A stretch of DNA of 64,000 nucleotides from Octopus vulgaris (GCA_951406725.2 OX597815.1:17794001-17858000), one strand, 5' to 3'; counted from the first letter of the stretch, positions 1 through 12,621 are shown. The notes: generated from the letters alone by a model not told the origin. Translations and numbers: made by a program.

Positions 1-829
1 AACGTACCGGGCATTCCAGCGCACCTTTTGCATTACTTCGTGAAGCACTTTATTTCTTTATATGATACACACGCACACACATACATAGGGATTTTCCTTA
101 CATCATCCTGTGCTGCACCTGAACACACAATCAGTGATGTTTCCAGGGGTAATTAGGAGTTTCGGTTCTTTCAACATTAGACACACTAACCAGGTGTCCT
201 AGCCAGCCTTGATCAATCCTCGGCCGCCGTACACTTAGTAGCAGTGCTTCTTCCAGTGCATCTCCTGATTTAAAGCTACCTGAGCTATAGCCTCCACACG
301 ACGGACTTCGGCCAAGCGGCCCCTGATATCTTGTGCATCCTGTAGAGGGACTAGCCTGCAAATACTCTGCATTCTATTTCGATGGGATCACACCTTGCTT
401 GCTAGCAATTGCTTTGGCATAACTCTACTAGCTCGGCATAATTCCTCCCCTGGCTCTCTTTAGCCTCCGCGATGCGGTCCTTCCAGCGAACGGAGAGTTA
501 TCACAGAACCGCCTGTCTGAAGGCTTCTAAGATCATCACTATATCCAACCTTTGAAATGATCAGGCGACAGTTTCTGGAAACATCAGATGCTTCTTCAGG
601 TCAACTTTCAACTCACAGTCTTTTATAGTAGGCAGCAAGTTCAAGGGGGAAGACTTGGTAGGGGTCATCATCTTCTCGTCAGCCCCAACAAGTGTGATGA
701 ACTTCTTTGGTTAGCGGAGGAGCTTGCAATGGCTAATCCCACTTCGGATGGTGTCTGCATTAATCTTCAAAACCTGGCCATGCCTCCAGTAGTCGCGTCC
801 CTTTCCTCGGCACAGTTAACTACAACTTA

Positions 830-2370
830 ACCCTGCAGAACAAACCGGACGGATTTGGTAAAACATCATAAACTGTCTACAACATCATATTGTCAACTAC
901 AGTGATCACAAATTTGTGACTTGTAGGTTTGACTTAGATAGTATGTGTAGACAGGGACCTGGTTACTGGAAGCTAAACAGGAACCGGATTAGGCAGTTAG
1001 TGATGAGAGCACTATCAGGTACCATTATTAATAACAAATGGTGGTATGCCCTCAAAAGAGTCATTAAATTTGAGTCAATTAGATTTAGTAAGGAGCTAGT
1101 CAGTAATGGAAATAGAATAGAAAGGACTTTAGTTAAGGCTCTAGAAGAGGCAACGAGGTCAGACTCTGCATCCAGAGTTTTAGCTGCGAGGTTGGTGCTC
1201 GACCAACATCTCAAAGCTAAACACGAAGGGTGCATTATCAGGGCTAACTTTCGTACAATGGGACAAAGAAGGAATCAACGTCGCCGGAAGGGCACGCGTG
1301 GTAGAGAGCCAACGCGACAATAATGCAACAATAAGGTCTTTGACGGACCAACATGAGCGTTCGTTAAACGAACCCGAGGAGATGTGCAAGGTTTTTCACG
1401 AGCATCTCACCCAGCTTTTCGGGAGGGGCGGGCCAGAGCGTAGGGAGGGCCTCACGGACTTCCTCGGTGGTTTGCCGCATCACTCGGGGCAGAAAGCGGA
1501 ATGCTGTGAAGGGCCGATCACAGCTGCGGAGATGGGGGAGGCATTGTCGAACTGCAGAGGGAACAAGTCGCTGGGACTCGATGGTTTCCCCAACTACATG
1601 TATTATAGTATGCCAGACTTGTTCGGGCACCTACTAGCATGCGTCTACACCAACTAGCAGCAGAATGGGAGTTTTCCTAGGTCTGTGAGCCGTGGGTTGT
1701 GGTACTGCTAAGAAAGTACCCAAACGAGGGGGATGTAATTGATAATTTTCGGCCCATCATTCAGCTTAACGTAGAGCAGAAGATTTAGGCCAAGATGTTA
1801 GCATAAAGGTTGGCGCAGGTTGTGGGTAAATTTGTTGGGGAGGTGCAAACCTGCACCATCTCTGACAGGTCAATTCACGACAATCTCCATCTCATCCGCT
1901 ACACCTTAGAGAAGGTGAATAGAATTCCTGGTGCGGGAGGGGCTATGCTCCATTTAGACCAATCTAAAGTGTTTGATAGGGTTGACCATCAGTATCTGGC
2001 GGCGGCCGGATTTGGCCCGACCTTCCTTGGATGGATCACTGCTTTATATAGCAACATCGAGTCGATCATTCGGGTAAACGGTTTCTTTTCGGAACCGTTC
2101 TGCATTGAGTGTTCAGTACGTCAAGGGTGTCCTCTCTCCCCATCTCAGTATGTTTTGGCCCTCAAGCAATTGCTGCGGAATTTGGAGGCTATGAAAGGAA
2201 TCATGGAAGATCTAGGGTGTGGAAAATCGGTTTCGATGTATGCAGAAAACATCACCGTCATCGTATCCCCGATCGAACGCCTACAGCGGGGAGGTGAGGT
2301 CATAAGAGATTACGAAGCGGTGGCAGGAGCAAAAATTAACCGGGATAAGTCGGTCGACTTGCAACTCGGC
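830..2370 (+). mobile_element. L1/Tx1-clade non-LTR retrotransposon ORF2 fragment (end of APE endonuclease + RT), disrupted
   Basis: Motifs SDHKFV and GPGYWKLN (APE C-terminus), GNKSLGLDGFP, NFRPII, LDQSKVFDRVDH, VRQGCPLSP and YAENI (degenerate YADD); several stops and frameshifts across ORFs 916-1323, 1298-1657 and 1810-2412. Confidence 0.9.
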
Positions 2371-3160
2371 AACTTAGTGGAGTTAACATCAGAGATATCA
2401 GCCACCTCATAAGCAGCTGTCCAAAAATGTCATCACAGTATTATCTAAGGATGAGACATGATGTTGTAGTTAGGACACTATAACGAGATCCGTCGAAAGG
2501 ATAATCCCGAGGACGTAAATAAGAACCCACAGTATGGTGGAAGCCATAGCCACTCATAATAAAAAGGAGCACTGATGGAATTCCCCAGTGAAATCCTCAA
2601 AAAAATGTAAACACAATAGACCTGACATAATGATTTGGGATAGAGAAGAGAAACTGTTTACAGTTGTAGAAATCAGCTTCCCAGCAGATGTCATCATAAA
2701 ACTGAAGATCAGTGGAAAAGAGAATACCTAGGCTGAACCATTGAGAAATCTGCAGTTACTCTATCCAGATTACAATTTAAGTTTATACTTGAAATTATTG
2801 GGGCTCTGGGATATGTAACACACTGCCTAAATACAAATCTTGAGAAAGTGGGCTACTCAAAACCAGATAGGAGAAAGCAGATTGGAAGACTAAAAATCGA
2901 AGCCATCAATGGAACTGTAAAACTTTCCAGACGTTATATCATTTACCGGGATATATGAAAGCAAGTCTAGACATGTAGCTATATGCATGAAAATACATAC
3001 ATAAAACAAAGCATACAAAGCTGCATGTGTACGTACATACATACTAAAATACCTTGCTGATGTTGAAATTTCAATGAAAGAGCCTTGGATCTAGGTTAGA
3101 AACCGGCTCTTTCTCTATTGGTAAGAAATCTAGATATAAAACTGAACAATTACATACAAG
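2371..3160 (+). mobile_element. 3' end of RLE-type non-LTR retrotransposon (R4/Dong/NeSL/HERO group), disrupted
   Basis: DISHLISSCPK (end of CCHC finger), RHDVV, HNRPDIMIW...VVEISFP and IIGALG motifs of a restriction-like endonuclease, followed by a 3' UTR ending in CA/TA repeats. Confidence 0.85.
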
Positions 3161-3163
3161 TAT

Positions 3164-3215
<52 letters not shown>

Positions 3216-3219
<4 letters not shown>

Positions 3220-3518
3220 GAAATGAAGAAAATGCTGACAAAATAATTTAAGTAAGGGAGAGTGTATTTAATTAGGTGAAAGTTCTTTTTACCGGTTGCG
3301 CATTTGTTATGCTTATCAAAAGATATTTTTAAGAGAGATAGATTTTTTTCTCTTATCTCATATAAGAGAAAAAAATCTATCAGAAAGGAACTCTATCTCT
3401 CTTAAAAATATCTTTTGATAAGCATAACAAATGCGCAACCGGTAAAAAGAACTTTCACCTAATTAAATACACTCTCCCTTACTTAAATTATTTTGTCAGC
3501 ATTTTCTTCATTTCCTTT
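3216..3518. repeat. Near-perfect ~127-bp inverted repeat with a nested hairpin in the loop (Penelope-like terminal palindrome)
   Basis: 3216-3342 is the reverse complement of 3392-3518; inner hairpin 3337-3356/3362-3381; flanked by (TA)n. Confidence 0.9.
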
Positions 3519-3584
3519 TTTTATATATCACAACTCGTGTTCCACATCTCCTTTTTTAAATATGTGTGTGAGTGCGTGTGTATG

Positions 3585-3633
<49 letters not shown>

Positions 3634-3660
3634 ATACACACGCACTCACACACATATATA

Positions 3661-4041
3661 CACTACCGTCAGAAATTAATTAGCACCCTTGATTTGCTCT
3701 TCATTCAAGGTATGTGCTGTCACCTAGTGGCCATATCTCGAACTATTGCTTTGTTGCGAGTTCACTGTTGCGCAGAACGATGACGTAACTTTGTTTGCAG
3801 AGCAGTTTGAGAGTCTACAGCCTTATGATGTTGACATAGCAGTGCAACAACAACTTGCAGTGCGGATGCAGACAAATCTTCCTTTGTTTAATAGATATAG
3901 GTAGCGCCTCGCAAGGACCGAAATCACACCATACTAAGTTTTCTCATCGCGTAAGACGTTTTGAACAGCTCATATGTTTAATTGATTTAACCTATTTAAT
4001 GTAGAAATTTGAGAAGTGCTAATTAATTTCTGACGCAAGTG
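3661..4041. mobile_element. Tc1-like MITE
   Basis: TIRs CACTaccGTCAGAAATTAATTAGCAC / GTGCTAATTAATTTCTGACgcaAGTG with TA on both sides. Confidence 0.75.
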
Positions 4042-4073
4042 TATATAGTAATAATGGTAGAAATAATTCACCG

Positions 4074-4346
4074 ATGGAATATATAAATATTTTAATGCAT
4101 CAGTACGCGCGTTTCCACAAGTCACATGTTTCTTTCTATCAAAGTCCGTATTCCTGGGATGATTACAGTACAGTACATAGTATCTATGGACATCGGATGG
4201 ATCATATTCATGCGTTGATCCACCCGATGTCCATGGATATTACAGACTGTACTGTAATCGTCCAAGGAATAGGGACTATGATCGTGAGAATAGTGGTTTG
4301 TGGAAACGCACATGACGCTACATTAAAATATTTATAAATACCATCC
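4074..4346. mobile_element. Foldback/palindromic MITE-like element
   Basis: Imperfect inverted repeat over ~270 bp centred near 4210 (e.g. gattacagtacagt / actgtactgtaatc; tataaatattttaatg / cattaaaatatttata). Confidence 0.7.
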
Positions 4347-4350
4347 AGGG

Positions 4351-4381
<31 letters not shown>

Positions 4382-4383
<2 letters not shown>

Positions 4384-4857
4384 GAGTGAGAGAGCAGTGC
4401 GTGTCATCAAAGTGACACTGGGGTACAAATATACGAAGCCCAGTATACCCATCATGACTACCCGTCTGATAAGGGTACACCAGGCACATGCATCACAACC
4501 ATATGTTGTGCGCGACATGGTGATCTCATAACAAGATAAACAGCGCATGACCTTGCAGGTGGGGGCCCAGTTAGAATTTTCTTCTGGTTGGGTAACCCAT
4601 CCCACTCAAAAGGTCCCTGATTAAGGGTTGTTTAAGAATGTTGAATGAAACACCCATGTTTCCAGAGGTGAATCATTCAAACCCCAAAGAATCCTTCTCA
4701 ACAAATGGCTATGATGCTCCCCCACTACTTCTACTCGTGATCAGAGATGCACATTTCGTCAGCCACTAAGGGACATGCTCAACTGGTTAAAGTCAAACAA
4801 CTGACAAGCAAATCTGTGGTATTGAGCAGAATATTTGCTGTAGCCCATCTTTTATAC
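4382..4857. mobile_element. Non-coding interspersed repeat embedded in (TAA)n, copy 1
   Basis: Highly similar to 21464-22006; (TTA)n on both sides. Confidence 0.8.
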
Positions 4858-4887
4858 TTATTATTATTATTATTATCATTATTATTA

Positions 4888-5283
4888 CTCTTTACTCTTT
4901 TACTTGTTTCAGTCATTTGACTGCGGCCATGCTGGAGCACCGCCTTTAATCAAGCAACTCGACCCCAGGACTTATTCTTTGTAAGCCCAGTACTTATTCT
5001 ATCGGTCTCTTTTGCCGAAGCGCTAAGTGACGGGGACGTAAACACACCAGCATCGGTTGTCAAGCAATGCTAGGGGGACAAACACAGACACACAAACACA
5101 TATATATATACATATATACGACAGGCTTTTTTCAGTTTCCGTCTACCAAATCCACTCACAAGGCATTGGTCGGCCCGAAGCTATAGCAGAAGACACTTGC
5201 CCAAGATGCCACGCAGTGGGACTGAACCCGGAACCATGTGGTTGGTTAGCAAGCTACTTACCACACAGCCACTCCTGCGCCTA
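4888..5283 (-). mobile_element. tRNA-derived SINE family A
   Basis: On - strand: head GGCGCAGGAGTGGCTGTGTGG...GGTTCAGTCCC (A/B boxes), internal microsatellite, (AAAAGAGT)n tail; more than 10 copies in the window. Confidence 0.9.
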
Positions 5284-5458
5284 TTATTATTATTATTATT
5301 ATTATTATGCTTATTATTATTATTAATATTATTATTATTATTAATATTATTATTATTATTATTATTATTATTATGCTTATTATTATTATTAATATTATTA
5401 TTATTATTATTATGCTTATTATTATTATTAATATTATTATTATTATTATTATTATTAT
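5284..5458. repeat. (TTA)n microsatellite with periodic interruptions
   Basis: Directly visible. Confidence 0.95.
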
Positions 5459-6565
5459 GCTTACCCCCAAAAACTGCTAATGCCAATTGGTATCATTAGA
5501 TTGTAGTTCGGTATAATAAAATAGGCGCTTTTATATGCATATTGAAAAAAAAAACGTTTCGTGCTTAAAGGATATATATATATCGAACTTAAAGGATATA
5601 TACACACAACTAGCAATACATATACGTGTCAACCTTGTTAACTGTTTACAAAATAAATACGTGTTGCAGCTTGTAATAGTGCGATTCAAGACTAACAAAA
5701 GCTTGGTGACAAATAGATACATTCTCTCACATTTTTTTTCTCTTTCTGGGCTATAGTTTTCTTTAGTGTTTTTATAAACGAATATGAATATCAATTGGAG
5801 CAAAACTACAACTCATAAAAATTAATAATTTATTTCTCTAAACAGATATATAAATTGATTTCCAATCGCATCAGAAGATAAACAGGTTTACTGTGTCTTA
5901 TGGAAAACACAGAAATGATAAAAGCGCATATGAGGCAGTCAAACAAGTTGAGTGATTGAACAGTTTTACGATCTATTTCGGAGAACCCGTTATTTTTCTT
6001 TCTGCCGAGTAAAAAAAAAAAACAGAAATATATATCTTGAATGTTTTCAATCTTATTCAGTTGCCTGTATACTTTAATGATAGTTTTTTGCAATCTATTC
6101 ATCTAATATTCAGAGCTGGAACGAAAATATTATTCGTACAAACATTAGTTACCATACGAAAATACAAAATTTGGAAATACAAAATGCTAGGTTAAATAGA
6201 TTCACCGTTTATTTTAGAATAATATATAAATATATTAATAGAATAATATGCGGGTATATTATTTGAATGAAACATAGATATATCATTAGAATGATACACA
6301 GAGATATAATTATAGTAAAGGGTGTTTTCAGAAAGCAAAAACTACAATGTCGATTCGTTTATGACTTAGAAAACGTTTTTCTGTTTGATTTCTTTATATT
6401 ACTATAAACTGAAATGCATGAAACTCGAAACTGTCTTGGATGGAATTTGAAGAACTCGAATTATGTAAGATATTTCTCGTGGTAAAGACACTCTTTAACT
6501 GGTTTGAATCATTGGATTGCAGCCATGCTGGAGCACCGACTTGTAGGGTTAGTGGAACAAATCGA

Positions 6566-6970
6566 ATATAAAATTATTAACCATCTTACAAACAATAACT
6601 CTGAGCACCTTTTCAAACTCCACCTGTCTAACACCCGTGGACATGTTTACAAAGGCAGAAAACAGCACAGCTCCCATGACTTTCGGAAACATTGTTTCAC
6701 GCTAAGAGTTGCTGAAGCATGGAACAAACTGCCGGCATCAGTTGTTAGTTGTCGGAGCACTGCATCCTTCAAAACTTCCATGCTTCCTGAGATTCGCCAA
6801 CACTACACCTGATTTTCTCCCCTCCATACACACGCAAGCATGTATCTGACTCATACACTGTTCGCTTTCCAGACATTTGTACATTACTGCATATGCTTTA
6901 TACGCACTTTTGACAAGTTGTGGTGCACCTGAGCACTGTATACAATAATTTCATTATTATTATTATTATT
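6566..6970 (+). mobile_element. CR1-clade LINE 3' fragment inserted into an old family A SINE
   Basis: YKII...NTRGH...RKHCFTLRVAEAWNKLPASVV...SFK is the CR1 ORF2 C-terminus; (ATT)n tail; SINE A remnants on both sides (about 6495-6565 and 6975-7170). Confidence 0.85.
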
Positions 6971-7185
6971 TTAAATTTATTAAGCATTACTCCATTATTC
7001 TACTGAGTTCATTTGCCGAAACGTTAAGTTATGAGTATATAAGTAAATTAACACCAGTTGTCAAGCGCTGGATGTGGACAAACAGACGCGTGTGTCCCTG
7101 TATACGTATGTATACACGCGTACTCGCGCATGTGTATACACGGCGGGCCTTCACTGTTTCCATCGACAATATTCACTCACAAGCA

Positions 7186-7418
7186 AAGGCGGCGAGCTGG
7201 CAGAAACGTTAGCACGCCGGGAGAAATGCGTAGCCGTATTTCGTCCGCCGTTACGTTCTGAGTTCAAATTTCGCCGAGGTCGACTTTGCCTTTCATCCTT
7301 TCGGGGTCGATAAATAAAGTACCAGTTTCGCACTCGGGTCGATGTAATTGACTTAATCCGTTTGTCTGTCCTTGTTTGTCCCCTCTATGTTTATCCCCTT
7401 ATGGGCAGTAAAGAAATA
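7186..7418 (+). mobile_element. SINE family B (Nin-domain-like core)
   Basis: GGCGGCGAGCTGGCAGAAACG head, GAGTTCAAAT B-box, GTCGACTTTGCCTTTCATCC...AGTACCAG core; many copies. Confidence 0.9.
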
Positions 7419-8510
7419 TATATAAATATATATATATATACAGAGAGAGAGAGAAAGGGAGAGAGCTATATAAAGAATAGATTATTTGAATATTTGATTA
7501 CACGAACAGTTTTCACATTGTTTCTCTGCAACAGGTGCAAAAGTATTACAGGTTAAGTGCGGTTGATTTATGTTAATTCGTAAATGAAAATATCAGTTTC
7601 ACATAGCTTCAAAAAAGCAATCTGCATCAACTTCTCATAGTTACCTGACTTACTAAATGGCGATACATGGCTCATTTGCTTTTCTGCTTCTAGGAATAAA
7701 CTGTGTGGATTACAAAGACGAACCGAAAATATTGCTTTGAAAGACAAAAGAATAACGACAAAAATCTCGTAAAAATCTCAGGATTATATATCGATTAATT
7801 TTTATTTAGAGGAATATTTAATAACGTGATTTTCATTGAGTTATTTAAAATGTGTTTAAGAGAATTAGTGTCCTGAATACTTTTTGAGGTTTAAAATATG
7901 TATCGAAAATTAAGAACATAAAAATATGGTAATCATTTACAAAATGATGTAATCTAATAAGTAACAAATATTTAGAGAAATATATATTAAAATTTAATTA
8001 CAATAAAATCTTTTCTCATGACAAACATTACGTCGTGTGTTGTATTTAATACTGAAGCATTTTGTCTAATATACAACTATTTTATAGATATCTAATTTGT
8101 TGTAATAAATAACGTTGTCGGTGGAAATTAAACAGAGTATTTTAATATTTTTACAATCCCTATAAATGAAACAGAAATAACTTAGTTACTTCTGTTGATA
8201 AAATTATAACTTGTGCGACCAAACTATTTCACAACTTTAATCTTATTAAACCTTGATTCTCGTCTGTCTTCCACACTTGTATGTATGTGTATTAAGGAAG
8301 TAAACAACTATATACTAGTAAAAAATTGTGAAGCATGACTGTCACCACTACTACATGAACCTGAAGATTGCATAATTTAATGCATGAAAGTACTAGTTCA
8401 ATCAGAATGAACATTTAACATTCTACTATTTTATTTTATTCTATTATATTATCTTATATTATATCATTATAAGATTGTAAATAAAACGTGAAAATCAGAC
8501 AATCCTTTTA

Positions 8511-8561
<51 letters not shown>

Positions 8562-8563
<2 letters not shown>

Positions 8564-8835
8564 AGGTGCAATGGCCCAGTGGTTAGGAGGAGGATCGCGG
8601 TTTCGATTCCCAGACCGGGCGTTGTGTGTGTTTATTGAGCGAAAACACCTAAAAGCTCCACGAGGCTCCGGCAGGAGGTGGCGATCCCTACTGTACTCTT
8701 TCACCACTCTTTCTTCTGTTGGCCTGCTCGCTTAGCCAGCGGGGTGGCGTCGTTCGAAGGCTAAAACAATGCAAACGCATTGTGACCAGCGATATGTAGC
8801 AACATCTGATGGTCTGGTCGGTCACGGTGATCACG

Positions 8836-8840
<5 letters not shown>
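8562..8840 (+). mobile_element. tRNA-derived SINE family D (tail type 1) in (TA)n
   Basis: TGGCCCAGTGG A-box and GTTTCGATTCCC B-box; homologous to 60005-60272 and, in the head, to 23115-23431. Confidence 0.85.
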
Positions 8841-8871
<31 letters not shown>

Positions 8872-8876
<5 letters not shown>

Positions 8877-9660
8877 TGGTGCAAAGCTTCCAGGACTATC
8901 GACTTTTCTAGACCTTGACTCAAGTGGTAATTGATGGCTTTCCTTATTGATCTTTTGAAAGTAGACAAGACTTATAGGAGTGGTGTTGTTGGTATTGATG
9001 TCGTTATTACCAGATTTGAAAACAGTTGTTAATTACGAGTTTCTTTCATCAACAAATAATAAACTGAATTACGTTCATCAAATGCACTCAATGTTACAGA
9101 AGAATAAAAAAGTTCAAATTCTTATTAGATGAAGCAGGTCGCAGCATACATTACTTCCAGTCATAAAGGCAGTATTAGAACCACTAGTAAAATGTCATCA
9201 AACCGGTTCTGGGTTCAGTCCCACTGCGTGGCATCTTGGGCAAGAGTCTTCTGCTATAGCCCCGGGCCGACCAATGCCTTGTGAGTGGATTTGGTAGACG
9301 GAAACTGAAAGAAGCCTGTCGTATATATGTATATATATATATATATGTGTGTGTTTATGTGTTTGTGCTTGTCCCCCTAGCATCGCTTGACAAGCGATGC
9401 TGGTGTGTTTACGTCCCCGTTACTTAGCGGTTCGGCAAAAGGGACCAATAGAATAAGTACTGGGCTTACAAAGAATAAGTCCCGGGGTCGATTTGCTCGA
9501 CTAAAGGCGGTGCTCCAGCATGGCCACAGTCAAATGACTGAAACAAGTAAGAGAGTAAACCATAAACCTACAAGCTACTGACTCAACTTCAGATGGATAA
9601 TTCATAATATCATTTACAAATTTCTGTGCAAACATTGAAAGTTGTAAACTTCATGCCTAA
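8872..9660 (-). mobile_element. Highly decayed CR1/L2-like RT fragment, interrupted by a SINE
   Basis: - strand reads VFKSGN...NNTTPISL...FQKI, resembling the RT motif PVFKxG...NYRPISL. Confidence 0.35.
9200..9558 (+). mobile_element. SINE family A, 5'-truncated
   Basis: Matches the other family A copies from the B-box to the tail. Confidence 0.9.
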
Positions 9661-10441
9661 TTGTTATATGGGAAGTAAAAATACGATGTTCTCGCTGTTA
9701 ATTCATTTGAACAAGGAGCTATTGAAACAAAAAGCAAAACAGCAGGATTTAAAATCCTTCTTATATTGACTTCCGCACCTCCGAAACTAGAATGTTAAAT
9801 ATATATTTGTATTTATGTGCCCATCTGGTATATTCAACTGATGAAGGCAGAGCTTATTTGAAGCAAAGCTAGAAATCCAGGATCTTGAATTATCCAGCAA
9901 TACCCCTTTGCTAGTTTACCTTGTCTCTCTGTCCCATTTCACGGTGCGATATGAACATTTAAGGTGGTTCCCAGAGTCAGGGTCTCGACTGCCATTTCGG
10001 CATGGTGGTGTCTCTCAGATACCCTTATTTATAGTTGTAAAAATTATTACCTTTCTATGGTATTTATTCCCATGCTGGCCACTTGATAATATCGATATTT
10101 AAATATCGATATTATCGTTATTTATAAATGTTATTCATGGAAGCTTTATTAATTACAAAATAATACGAAAATTAATATACAGATAGGGTAAAATACATAC
10201 ACGTCCTAATAGGAGACTAAGACCCGTTTTAATAATTGCAAGAAACCTGAAATGAATTTTGTCTACCATAAAAGAGTTTACACACGAAACAGAACCAGAA
10301 GACTAAATGTCGCTTAAAACGTCGATGGTCTAAGAAGTGCAAAATACAACAAAATATAAAGGACTAAACGGGAAATACAAAACCCTTGGTAAAAACTGTC
10401 AAAATACGCTTGAAAAGTAAGCCGTTCTTAATAAACAAGCG

Positions 10442-10859
10442 GGATCTTTTCGGTTTGAACGGCAGTTTTTTCTAGCAGTGTCATATGAAATTGTCACCCA
10501 TAATTATGACCCTAGTATCGATCTATTGCATTTCAATCTGTTTTAGGGTTAGGGTTAGGGATGGGGGGAAGGGTATCTTTTTTTCTTCACAAATGTAAAT
10601 AAACCCTATCTGTTTCTTAAACGAGGGACATATTCATACGGCACAGAATGTTTTCACCTCCAGTAGACGTCATTGATTGGTTGAAATTGCAGAAATTGAA
10701 GAAAAAAAAACAACAAATATGTTACAAACTATAGAATTTTCTCAATAAAGCCAAGAGAAAAAGATGTTTTATAAACACATTCTACCAGTATACGAAGTTT
10801 AAAATTTTTTAGTTAACTAAAAATTATGTTAAAAACTGCCGTTCAAACCGAAAAGATCC
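10442..10859. mobile_element. MITE with ~28-bp TIRs and 8-bp TSD (Merlin-like GG termini)
   Basis: TIR GGATCTTTTCGGTTTGAACGGCAGTTTTT and its reverse complement; perfect TSD AACAAGCG at 10434-10441 and 10860-10867. Confidence 0.9.
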
Positions 10860-11414
10860 AACAAGCGAATTCTTTTACACTAATTTCTTTTCTGAGAGTT
10901 TTGTGGTAACGTGGAATTTTGAAGTGGAAAACTTATTTCTCCATTGATTTCCATGTACCGAACTTTTTTCGGGGAAAACAAAACAAAACAAATAATACAA
11001 GACAATGACTTGTAAACATATACAGTACATGTATGTCAAAGAGAAATCTAATCTGAAATCTGATGAATGTTATTAATAAATAAGCTAGTCTTTAGCTTTC
11101 GCTTGAATGGTCATCATGTTTACCGGCTCCTTGCGTCTTGCATGATCGTCGATCCACACACTTATGAGCCGTTCTATATGAAACATCATATCACATCGAC
11201 AAAAACAAAAACAAAATGTGCGAGCAGCAATGTAGCTACTTGAGCACTTGACCTCATTGGACTGTGACAGAGCTGGCCGTCGCCTGGAAAAAATCTTAGA
11301 TCAATTATACTGAACCCGGAATCGATTTCAGCGGGTTACTTCTTTCTTTTAATGATCTCTGTCGAATGGTTAAGTAGCCTTTGGCATTAAGTGGTGCAAC
11401 TCAAGTTTACACCT

Positions 11415-11627
11415 ATTTCTTTACTACCCACAAGGGGCTACACACAGAGGGGACAAACAAGGACAGACAAAGGGATTAAGTCGTAACTGGTACTTAATTT
11501 ATCGACCCCGAAAGGATGAAAGGCAAAGTCGACCTCGGCTGAATTTGAACTCAGATCGTAACGGCAGAGGAAATACCGCTAAGCAATTCGCCCGGCGTGC
11601 TAACGTTTCTGCCAGCTCGCCGCTGTA
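11415..11627 (-). mobile_element. SINE family B with 17-bp TSD
   Basis: TSD AACTCAAGTTTACACCT at 11398-11414 and 11628-11644. Confidence 0.92.
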
Positions 11628-11686
11628 AACTCAAGTTTACACCTGTAAACATCAACACAGACAGAAAACCAAAACACACACACAGA

Positions 11687-11952
11687 CAAGGGTCAGCTGA
11701 AAAGTTCATAGGCGGACTAAGATATTTTCATGGAATGTAACCAAATAAGGTTAATTTTTCAACATAGACCCCCTTGTGGTTCACGCACTTCTTCCCTTGG
11801 ATCCCATCAGTGAAGAAGATTTCATCCTACTGGTGATTAAAAGTCATCAGCAGCAGATATGACGTCATCATTACTGCGATACTGATTCTGAGCCAAGTAT
11901 TTTTTCATGGGGAATAAATGATAGTCAGATGGGGCCAAATCAGGAGAATAAG
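11687..11952 (-). mobile_element. mariner transposon 3' remnant
   Basis: - strand encodes YSPDLAPSDYHLFP; TIR-like acaagggtcagctgaaaagtt at the left end. Confidence 0.8.
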
Positions 11953-11991
11953 ATGAGACTAACAGGTTTGGGACCCACTGCACTTACAATA

Positions 11992-11993
<2 letters not shown>

Positions 11994-12067
<74 letters not shown>

Positions 12068-12092
12068 CTGTGTGTGTGTGTGTGTGTGTGTG
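11994..12092. repeat. (TG)n microsatellite
   Basis: Directly visible. Confidence 0.97.
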
Positions 12093-12621
12093 AGACTATG
12101 TGCATATGAAATAGATACAGAAATGTAATAGTCTTCTTTTGAGCATGAATGGCATGAGAAATAAATAGTAAAATAAGGCAGAGTAAATATATTGTTCTAG
12201 AGAGGGAGAGAAATAACTTGTGTGAATGGAGAAAGAAAGGGTAAGTGACGACTAAGCCATTGATACATGCATAAAGCAACGCTTAAACTACCTCCTTTCT
12301 GATATCTTTCTGCAAATTTTTAATGATATTTTGCCACCGTTGTTTATTTATTTATTATTATTTATTATTGCCTGTTGTCTCTTTTCAAGATATACTATAG
12401 TTGTAATTTTGTGTACAAGAGAAACAAATGTTATTATATTGCAAGAAGATCAAAATAACGGTGAGATGATGACAACAGGGGCCATGTTAGGAATCCCCTT
12501 GTAATAGTTTATATCAATTGTAATTCACTGACACAAAGGTCCATCAACCTTTTTACAGTAGGTTGATCTAGCAAATCACAAATTCACTTACAGTAAAGCA
12601 AACAGTTCCACTATAGATTCC

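Noticed and set aside
131-830. Possible ORF1 or inverted 5' part of the L1/Tx1 element
   Set aside because: GC-richer and adjacent, but no diagnostic motif recognisable by eye
3055-3115. Hammerhead-like motif in the RLE LINE 3' UTR (aatgaaagagcc...gaaaccgg)
   Set aside because: No properly placed NUGANNA core or stem I
5181-5499. Poly-N, poly-L and poly-I ORFs
   Set aside because: Translations of (TTA)n plus SINE sequence
7694-7772. Possible terminal exon after a polypyrimidine tract and AG (NKLCGLQRRTENIALKDKRITTKIS*)
   Set aside because: Short, no recognisable homology and no supporting partner exons
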